Source of the DNA: Schizochytrium sp. TIO01
Taxonomy: Eukaryota; Protista; Bigyra: Labyrinthulomycetes
Direction of reading: 5' to 3'
DNA length: 64,000 nt
Assembly (NCBI GenBank): GCA_004764695.1
Contig: SMSO01000025.1
Coordinates: 310,001 to 374,000, forward strand
Notes under the pieces: generated by a model
Told to the model about the DNA's origin: nothing
The model's database searches: none
Seen by the model: the letters and a program-made list of their open reading frames with translations, nothing else
Made by a program: the position numbers and the translations under genes
Shown here: piece after piece, positions 56,213-64,000 of the stretch
Position numbering within the stretch: position 1 is the stretch's first letter
Layout of the letters: every line of letters starts with the position of its first letter

Positions 56213-56635
56213 ATGGCTGACCCCAACACCCGCGTTCAGCAGGCCGTCGAGGGCCTCCTCAATGGCCTCGAGAAGGAAAAGCTTCGCCCCATGCGCAAGG
56301 AGGCCTTCCTCTGCAGCGCCAAGTGCTGCGACACCGCCTCTGGCAACGAGCAGCTCCAGCACTGCGTGCAGCAGTGCCAGGCTAAGACCGCCCAGACCGA
56401 GAACCTCATCTCCCAGGAGCTCGAGGTTTTCCAGCAGCGTCTCCAGCGCTGTGCCATGGGCTGCAATGACCGCGCCCAGGACCAGATCCCCGCTGACCCT
56501 GAAAAGCAGACCCCCGAGCTCATCCAGCGTCTCCAGAAGGAGGCCGAGGCATGCGCCAACAAGTGCATCGACGACAACCTCTCCTCCCTCTCTCGCATCA
56601 GCGAGCGTGTCACCCAGGCCGTCAAACGCATGTAA
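56213..56635 (+). CDS. FAM136A: FAM136A / DUF842 family protein
   Basis: LRPMRKEAFLCSAKCCD, CVQQC, ELEVFQQRLQRCAMGCND and CANKCIDD (paired CX3C motifs). Strong GC3 bias. Confidence 0.92.
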   Translation: MADPNTRVQQAVEGLLNGLEKEKLRPMRKEAFLCSAKCCDTASGNEQLQHCVQQCQAKTAQTENLISQELEVFQQRLQRCAMGCNDRAQDQIPADPEKQTPELIQRLQKEAEACANKCIDDNLSSLSRISERVTQAVKRM

Positions 56636-57231
56636 GTAAAATCGACGATGTCAAGTTAGTTCCCAACTAGATTCTGAATCTTCTACTACGACCACAACCA
56701 CTAGCACCGTTTTTCTATTCAATGATATCCCCACCCACCCCTTATCCTCCTATCAAATTTGCAACTTTCCTTATTTCGTTCTTCAAACACGATTTCGTTC
56801 TCTTCGTATTCGCTCACATCTGACCACCTTGTACCAGAAAGGCCTTGAAAATGTAACCCTTCCTCTCGATTATCATCGTTCTCTGCATATAAGTTGCGAA
56901 CCTTCTATCTGTGTAATTCACGTATGAACTGAGTGAATTCCGTGTTGCTTGAGCAGTGCGTCCGTGTCTAAATGCATTGTCAAAAAAAAGTTCTTGAATC
57001 ACTTGCACAATCATAAAGGGTTAACATAAGAGTTGAAATGTTAATTTCACTTTAAATATCAAGGTGGGTACTACTCTTGGGGTCATTCCCACATATTAAA
57101 AAAAAGGAACCTGTATGTCCGTGTCCATATCACCATCACCTCTTCGAGCTCAGGAAAAAGGCAAGACTGGTTGTTATAATAAAATTGGTTGGTACTGAGT
57201 AAGCATAGATAGCTCTCTCAAAGGGAAAATT

Positions 57232-58776
57232 TTAGCGATTGCGTGGATCAAAAAAGGACACTGTGAAATATGAACGTAAAGCCTGGGAAGCAACGTAAAA
57301 CGTAAAAACAACGGCTCGTGGGATTGGAGTGAAAAGTACAATGGCTTGCCCAGCTACAGCAATCACAATTGCAGAAAGAGCGAGGAGAATTGCGGTTAGG
57401 ATAATTTTCCAGGTTAATCGCTGCAAGTTCTTTTGTGGTGGCGAAACCAGCTTTTTGCGGCTCCCGGTGCCAACGCTGCTCCGCGCAAGGCTCGGCTGAG
57501 GAGCTAAAGGTGGGTCGCCGTCTACATCACCCCCAAGCCTAAACGATGTTGGCTGTGGAACCAGAGCTTCTACTGAACTCATTGTATCCACGCGAGGAGT
57601 CAAAGGTAGCATACCTGAATCCTTTGTATCCTTGGAAGGAAATGAGGCATCCCAAGAAGGTGAAGCTGGGCGAGAACTCTTTGAAGTCGTTACAATCTTT
57701 AAGTTGTGCAATAGCTTGGCACCTACGGCTACAACGGCAATACCAACAATCAATGTGAACGAAGCCTCGGCAATTGCGGCTGCCTCCGAAAGATCCACAA
57801 GTCCTTTATACATTGCTAGCAGACTCATTGTCAGCTCAAAACCGATGAAAATGATAGCGAGGACAATGAAAATAATATGGGAAGAACGCCGATGAAACAA
57901 TAACGTTTTATGTGGCGTGTGAGAAATTTTGAGCATATCATTCCAAACTAAGAACAAGAGTGAAGAAGACAGAAGACCGATAGGGACAGTTAAAGTCAAA
58001 AATAATCTGCCAACACCGTAGGTGAAGATTGCGCGACTCCATGTTGGATCTACAGACGTGTACATGAGACGGAGTATGTTGCAGACAAACTCTACGGACA
58101 AAATCACAACTGCGACTTTATAAGCTCCTTCTCGTCTATACCACTTGGCAAATTTTGACAACCGCATGCAAACTAACGTTAATACATATGAAGACATTAG
58201 TGAGCACAAAACCTGTACAGTAATCCATCCAGGGCCATCAAATAGTGTTCGCCAAGGATTACTTGTGACAACTACATCAACACGTACTTCTTCACCAGCG
58301 TCAAGCAAGGATTTTATTTTGTTAGCTCCGCTTTCACCTAATTCGAAGAATGGGATTCCTTCTGCTTGACTCCATGCCTCGAAACTATGAATGACGCGAA
58401 ACTCATGGCCAGCAACTCTATCCGAATAATATAAGGTTGCCGCTGCTCCAAGTTTGTCGGCGACTAGAGCGAGCCAGGCATATCCGCAGTGAAAGCATTC
58501 TTGTGAGTATGCAAGTTGTACTAGCGTAGAGTTTGCTGAAAGCACATAGTTTTCTGGAGGGCCTTGGCAGCCATAATGGCACCAGGCATCATCTAGTTGT
58601 ACAACTCTGGAGTTTGCAATCACGATATCCCCCACTTCATACTCGTCTTGACTGAACGAGAACACTGGTGTTTCTAACTGCAAACCTATAGCTGATGCTG
58701 GACTGACGACAATGCTGCCAAGCCCTTGTCTCACGCAGCACATAGCCACTAGTATGGCTGGTTTTGTTAGACGCAT
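57232..58776 (-). CDS. Signal peptide + protease-associated (PA) domain + seven-transmembrane protein (GPCR-like)
   Basis: N-terminal signal. PA-like CFHCGYAWLALVADKLGAAATLYYSD...IPFFELGESGANKIKSLL. Seven hydrophobic helices with a long S/P-rich loop between TM5 and TM6. Confidence 0.7.
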   Translation of the reverse strand: MRLTKPAILVAMCCVRQGLGSIVVSPASAIGLQLETPVFSFSQDEYEVGDIVIANSRVVQLDDAWCHYGCQGPPENYVLSANSTLVQLAYSQECFHCGYAWLALVADKLGAAATLYYSDRVAGHEFRVIHSFEAWSQAEGIPFFELGESGANKIKSLLDAGEEVRVDVVVTSNPWRTLFDGPGWITVQVLCSLMSSYVLTLVCMRLSKFAKWYRREGAYKVAVVILSVEFVCNILRLMYTSVDPTWSRAIFTYGVGRLFLTLTVPIGLLSSSLLFLVWNDMLKISHTPHKTLLFHRRSSHIIFIVLAIIFIGFELTMSLLAMYKGLVDLSEAAAIAEASFTLIVGIAVVAVGAKLLHNLKIVTTSKSSRPASPSWDASFPSKDTKDSGMLPLTPRVDTMSSVEALVPQPTSFRLGGDVDGDPPLAPQPSLARSSVGTGSRKKLVSPPQKNLQRLTWKIILTAILLALSAIVIAVAGQAIVLFTPIPRAVVFTFYVASQALRSYFTVSFFDPRNR

Positions 58777-59824
58777 CTCGTTCCTTTTGCTTGTAGCTGT
58801 AGTACTTCCCTTTGTAAGTCCACTAGTCCTCCAAGAAAGCTGTCACTCTTGTCTTCTTCGTCTTCGTCGACCTTATCAATGACAGTCAGACCAAGTTTGT
58901 CTTTGTTGGAAATAGCCTTGTCAGCAAGACCATAATGGGTTTGCCTCTGACTTTATGCATCCTCGCCGGAGCTGTCACGGCCGTACTTTCCTTTCAGGTT
59001 TTGACACTGTCACCTAAAGATCTGAACGGCGACGGGTCCATCCTTCTCTCAGACCAGTAAGTACCTACCGGCACGTACTACCCTAACCAAGCTCTTGTGC
59101 CGAGCTGAACCCAGGAATTGGTCGCCGATGTGATCTTCTCTGGCAACAAAGTCAAGGACTCCACCAAGACTGCTCTGTAACTCACTCGAGGCCTCAAGTT
59201 TCGAGTTTGGCTTCATCTCATCTTCTTATTAGAAGTGTCTTCTTATCAATAAACAGAATAAATACGCTCTCTACTTCAGGAATGACTCTGAGTCAAAAGT
59301 GACCTGATCCGTCAAAGTCCGAAAATCTTCAATGCTACAAGCCAAAGCGAACTCGATAATACGCTAACGATTGATCCGTATTGTTGTTGACTGACGCACA
59401 AACTTGTTTTTGCTTTTTTTTAATGACGTATGAAACTCAATGCCCAGAGCAGAGCGTACATTTACGAGGCTATAAAACCATATTCAAGATGATTATCTTG
59501 GAATTTAAATTTATTAAAGGGTCCGGAATGGAAAGTCTGAATTTTGCGAATTTGAATTTTCTAAAACAGTTTTGGACGAGGCAGAGCAAATCCCAAACAT
59601 CTTGGCGCTCAGCACGGACTGCAGGGGTTACGATTTTGCGAAGCTTGCGGACGACGTTAGGTTGAAGAGGGATCCTGGTTGCATTAGGTCGAGGACATTT
59701 GCTAAATCCATATTACTCCAGCTGTGCAGCGCAGACGTTCGACTGGCCAAGCCATATCAGGATCGATTGGACCAGAAAACAAGATTCAAAAAGATTCAAA
59801 TTGGCAATTTTGACTTGCCAGGAA

Positions 59825-62284
59825 ATGTCGGCGACGAACGAGAGTGCGCGCGTACTGAGCGTGAGACGCGCTCGAGGTGATGCACTTGGTGCGTGTTATT
59901 ACGATGCGGAAGAGCAGGTCCTTGCTGTGCTAGCTCGCACACAGGTGCTTGGCGACAAAGTTGAAAGAGCCCTCTCAAATCTTGTAGAGAAGGTTCGACC
60001 TACCAAGCTTGTGCTTGCTGCACAAACATCGGACGAAATTTCGGAAGCAGCAGAGAAATTGTGCGAACAATACAGTTTCACGGTGGAACGCGTAAGCTCT
60101 CGAGCATTTGAAAGCGATTCAGCGGCGCGAAGACTCGAAGACCTTGGCTTCCCGGCCTCTCTCCTCCGAACAAGACTTGACAGAGATCACGTTGTGAGCT
60201 TAGCAAGTGTTGGTGGTGCTCTTCATTATGTTGATCGCAAGCAACTCCTTCCAGCTGGCAAACTGGCTCGAATTGAGTTGCTAAACCTCGACGACTACAT
60301 GATCGTAAATATGGAAAGCTTGCACAGCCTTGACGTAATCCGTGAGGAAATGCATCCGTCAGTTGTCCGCACAAACCACAAACGCAAAGAAGGTTTTTCG
60401 TTGCTGACACTCCTAGATCGAGCAAAGTCAACACTTGGTCGCAAAATGCTTCGAAGATGGCTCTTACAGCCTTTGGCCAACCCGAACATGATCAATGAAC
60501 GCCTTGACTGTGTTGAATACCTAATGCATCGATCCGCAATGGACCATGCAGCTGAGCTTGGCAAACACTTTGCGGGTCTTCGTGATGTTCCCCGTTTTTT
60601 AACTTTACTGAGAGCGCGCACTGCAAAATCATCTGACTGGATGATTTTTGCAGAATCAATTTGCGCTTTGGATGCAATCCTTGATACCCTTGTTCAAATT
60701 GTTAAAGATATTACAAATGAGAACGGAGACACAACAGGTCTCCCAGGTCCATTGGAGGAGCTTGTACATGTGGAGCGGACAACCTTACGTAGCGTTGAAG
60801 TATTGTTAGCATCTATCGACTGGGAAGCTACAAAGGAACAAGGTTGGATGGTGCCAAACGCAGGTGTCTCCCGACCTTTGGATATGGCCCGGCGCCAATA
60901 TGATTCATGTGAGAGTATTCTTTCAGAGGCAGAACCTGCTTTGCACAATTCTCTCGCTTCATGTGTTAGCCATGCCAAAGAAATGTTTTCACTTGTTTTC
61001 ATGCCTATTCTTGGATTTCTGGTTCAGGTTCAAAGTGTAGATTTTCGCCGTCTGAAACAAATCCCTGCAGACTTTACAGAGGTTTTCCGGCGTCCTGCTG
61101 CAATTGATCAACGGAGCTCAGATGCAATTGCCAGCTCTCCTCGAGATGACGATATTGTCTACCTCCGTTGTGACGTGACACATCGTCTGGATGCCAAGTA
61201 TGGAGACTTGTTCGGTAATGTCCGAGATCTTGAGGAGGCGTTTAGCCGAGAGCTAGAAGCGCATGTTCTTGATAAAGAGCAAGACCTTTTTGCTATCTGC
61301 ACTGCATGTGCAGAGCTCGATATCTATCTTGCCTTTGCAATTACCTCGAAAGAATTCGATTACGTTCGCCCAGTGTTCACACCTGAACCAGTGATGATGT
61401 TCAAAGGTGCAAAACATCCGCTGATTATGCATAGTCTTGAACAGTACGTTCCAAACGATATTATTCTGGGAACTGAAGGGCGCCGAGCACTCCTTATCAC
61501 AGGTCCAAATTACTCCGGCAAATCTGTATTGCTTAAAACAGTAGCAACCTTAACCATAATGGCTCAAGTTGGTTGTTTTGTTCCTGCTGAAGAAGCAACT
61601 TTAGGTGTTGTAGAGAGACTTTTTACTCGTGTTGAGTCGCTGGAGTCTAGCTCGACACTTATGGAAAGCTCGTTTTCAATTGATGTGCAGCAGGTCGCTA
61701 ACATGCTTCACAACCACACCCCGCGTTCGCTTCTTTTGATTGACGAATTTGGGAAGGGTACATCCAGCGTTGACGGGGCTAGCCTTTTAGCTGCAACGGT
61801 ACGCTACTTCGGACGGCTGGGACATGAAATGCCACGAATCTTGATTACGACGCACTTCCTCGAAATCCTGAATCAAGGACTTGTACAAGACTGCCAGGGC
61901 ATTCAACCTTGTGAAATGAAAGTACTGTTGGATAAAACCATCGAAGAATCCGATGCTGGACTGAGCTTTGCAGGTAAAGATGGGCGCTGCTGTGCTACGC
62001 CTATTCCACTCTTTCAGCTAGTCGACGGCTCGGCATCGGCCAAGTCCTTTGCGCTAGCTTGTGCAGACCGAGCCAATGTTCCTCGTTCAATTTTGGACCG
62101 CGCAGCAGTTATTCTGACATTAGCAGAGCATGAAATCTCTCCATCGCAAGATATGAATCGGGATGCAGAGCTGTGCCGATTGCTGCGAGCAATTGGTATG
62201 CGAGATTGGCAAACTGCACCACAGAATGAAGTAATGAATTTGTTGAAAACAATTAACAGAATTAAAGATCATCAACAAGAATAA
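59825..62284 (+). CDS. MSH5: MutS homolog 5 (meiotic crossover factor)
   Basis: SLDVIREEMHPSV...KEGFSLLTLLDR, Walker A ITGPNYSGKS, SSFSIDVQQV, SLLLIDEFGKGTSSVDG and TTHF. The N-terminal mismatch-binding domain is absent, as in MSH4/5. First ATG is at 59825. Confidence 0.92.
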   Translation: MSATNESARVLSVRRARGDALGACYYDAEEQVLAVLARTQVLGDKVERALSNLVEKVRPTKLVLAAQTSDEISEAAEKLCEQYSFTVERVSSRAFESDSAARRLEDLGFPASLLRTRLDRDHVVSLASVGGALHYVDRKQLLPAGKLARIELLNLDDYMIVNMESLHSLDVIREEMHPSVVRTNHKRKEGFSLLTLLDRAKSTLGRKMLRRWLLQPLANPNMINERLDCVEYLMHRSAMDHAAELGKHFAGLRDVPRFLTLLRARTAKSSDWMIFAESICALDAILDTLVQIVKDITNENGDTTGLPGPLEELVHVERTTLRSVEVLLASIDWEATKEQGWMVPNAGVSRPLDMARRQYDSCESILSEAEPALHNSLASCVSHAKEMFSLVFMPILGFLVQVQSVDFRRLKQIPADFTEVFRRPAAIDQRSSDAIASSPRDDDIVYLRCDVTHRLDAKYGDLFGNVRDLEEAFSRELEAHVLDKEQDLFAICTACAELDIYLAFAITSKEFDYVRPVFTPEPVMMFKGAKHPLIMHSLEQYVPNDIILGTEGRRALLITGPNYSGKSVLLKTVATLTIMAQVGCFVPAEEATLGVVERLFTRVESLESSSTLMESSFSIDVQQVANMLHNHTPRSLLLIDEFGKGTSSVDGASLLAATVRYFGRLGHEMPRILITTHFLEILNQGLVQDCQGIQPCEMKVLLDKTIEESDAGLSFAGKDGRCCATPIPLFQLVDGSASAKSFALACADRANVPRSILDRAAVILTLAEHEISPSQDMNRDAELCRLLRAIGMRDWQTAPQNEVMNLLKTINRIKDHQQE

Positions 62285-63068
62285 GGCTAGTCTTCGATTC
62301 CTCAAAGTCATCTTCTTTGCTCTCCGTCTCATCACGCGCTCCAATTCCGGTGCGATGATAACGAACGTGAGAGTTCTGACGAATTTGTCTCCTACCCCGC
62401 TGTTGTTGAGGGCTTGTATCTTGATTGTCGTCCTCTGGAGTCAAAACAAGAGACTGTTGAAGGGAAAAAGCTGAAACATTGACACGACTGGGGCTCTGCG
62501 ATCCTGATTGTGGTTGACGCTCTAGGGAATAATCAAATGCAAGTTTGGATACACGGGGCCATAGAGCTCCAATAAAAGTCTCTCTCGCAATACTTTGTGT
62601 ACTTGCATCTCTTGCGGTGGGTGCTGCACGTTCATTCATAGTCCGCATCAGGAGATCCATATGGCACCATGCAAGGGAAAGGCCCAGGAGCTCTCGCAAG
62701 CCTTCATGTAATTCCAGACGGGAGATCTTGTTTGGAGTATTTCTTAATGTACAAGTTTGTGTGGTTTTTGAATAGCAAACAGGTCGAAAGGGGAAACCTG
62801 GTTTGTGCGAGTTAGTCCACTTTTTGCAGCCGCTGGTGTTCGCTGGAATTTGATCAATCTTTATCCATGCTTTCTCCAAAATTCCGCGAGGTTGTTGGCC
62901 GTGCTCATTCTGTGTCTTGGCCCACTGCCAAACTGCATCTCCTACAATTGTTAATAATCTGTCTGCTGTGACAAAGGAGTCTGTTGGAACCTTACGAAGC
63001 TCTCGGGTATGAACTTCTCCGGAGTTAGGGTCGCGTCTCTGCACGCGAACTTTTCGAAGTGCTTCCAT
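62262..63068 (-). CDS. Hypothetical protein
   Basis: 268-aa ATG-initiated ORF with a folded-looking N-terminal half and a disordered tail. Its 3' end overlaps MSH5 by 23 nt. Confidence 0.6.
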   Translation of the reverse strand: MEALRKVRVQRRDPNSGEVHTRELRKVPTDSFVTADRLLTIVGDAVWQWAKTQNEHGQQPRGILEKAWIKIDQIPANTSGCKKWTNSHKPGFPFRPVCYSKTTQTCTLRNTPNKISRLELHEGLRELLGLSLAWCHMDLLMRTMNERAAPTARDASTQSIARETFIGALWPRVSKLAFDYSLERQPQSGSQSPSRVNVSAFSLQQSLVLTPEDDNQDTSPQQQRGRRQIRQNSHVRYHRTGIGARDETESKEDDFEESKTSLILVDDL

Positions 63069-63719
63069 AATGATTGATCAAGAAATCAGATGACTGTCTC
63101 GTAGCGCAGAGGCAAATAGTTTTGATATTGTAGAAGATGCTTGATTACCTTGATATCCTTGCCATATGCCAGCTTAAGTTTAAGGTCTATTTGCTCCAAA
63201 TCGAGTTGGGGGTTTGCTTGCTATGTTAGTGACCTGATCGCACACAGCTGATTTCCCGGTTAACGATAGAGCCCGAGGATTGCTTCTGAACAGCACACGT
63301 GCAAACTCACCAGGACAGGGAAAGTGCAAGGAAGGAGCGTGGAGGAACGCTGATCGTATCAAGCACGCCTTAGTCCAGCAAAATAAAACAGTGCTGGCTG
63401 ACGCTGTATGTTATTCTTTACTGGAGTTTCCAAAGCAGCTACAAGACTGGCTAATCTCGATAATTCTTTGTTACCAGCTAGAGAAGCGAGCCCCACTCCT
63501 CTGCTACCGCGCCTTTATGGTTGATATTGCACGCAAGGTCAGACCCGTGACCTGGTCTGGTCAAACGCCCTACGAGCGGAGAAAATAAAAGACTCACAGT
63601 CTACTCTTTAGTTGATGGCGTTTCAGAAAGCTATTGCTGGTGTGTCTTTACGCGTGAGAATAGAATCGAGCTTCTAAGCAGCAAAAGACCAAGAGAATGT
63701 CGTGTGGTCCACTCAATAC

Positions 63720-63819
63720 TTATGCAAGCCGTCTTTGGCTTTGCTCAACTTCGTAAAAGCGCCCAGCTCGCTGCCGTCGCTTTTTCTCTTCTTCCTGCTC
63801 CTCTTCCAGGAAATTTTGC
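63720..63819 (-). CDS. Possible terminal exon of a spliced gene entering from beyond the window
   Basis: The minus strand has a pyrimidine-rich acceptor ctttctttag, then QNFLEEEQEEEKKRRQRAGRFYEVEQSQRRLA*. A further gtgagt...ttttctcacag intron-like segment lies near 63940-63970. Confidence 0.3.
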
Positions 63820-64000
63820 CTAAAGAAAGAGTGGTTGTCAAAAAACCGTGCCTGTAGTAGAATATTATCTTCAATCTAATGTAAGACTTGATCGTTTCAA
63901 ATGAGACCTGCTTATACTCTGTTTTCTTTTTCTCGATCAACTGTGAGAAAATTTTAAAGGATTTACTCACAAGCTATTCTCACAGAGCTCCCTTTGTGCA

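Noticed and set aside
56236-56639. ORFs overlapping FAM136A on both strands
   Set aside because: By-products of extreme codon bias.

Overview
Eukaryotic, intron-poor genomic DNA. Long single-exon genes are separated by AT-rich, microsatellite-containing spacers. The gene content and style suggest a stramenopile protist such as a thraustochytrid, but this is inference only. Recognisable genes: a 5'-truncated metallo-beta-lactamase/cNMP-binding phosphodiesterase-like gene, an alpha/beta-hydrolase-fold membrane protein, a stand-alone Hpt phosphotransfer protein, NAA35/MAK10, a frameshifted TQ-rich tandem-BRCT (MDC1-like) gene, BDP1, a 1798-aa RRM protein, IMP2-type mitochondrial peptidase, FAM136A, a PA-domain 7TM protein and MSH5. 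The standout is an apparently intact 6.2-kb cut-and-paste DNA transposon (17434-23669). It has 20-bp terminal inverted repeats (1 mismatch), a perfect 8-bp target-site duplication (TGATTCAC) and one uninterrupted 1844-aa ORF. That ORF fuses a DxxH-type DDE transposase core to a helix-hairpin-helix-like motif, Cys-rich motifs and a C-terminal Ulp1/SUMO-protease domain with an intact catalytic triad. No rRNA, tRNA or CRISPR features could be supported.
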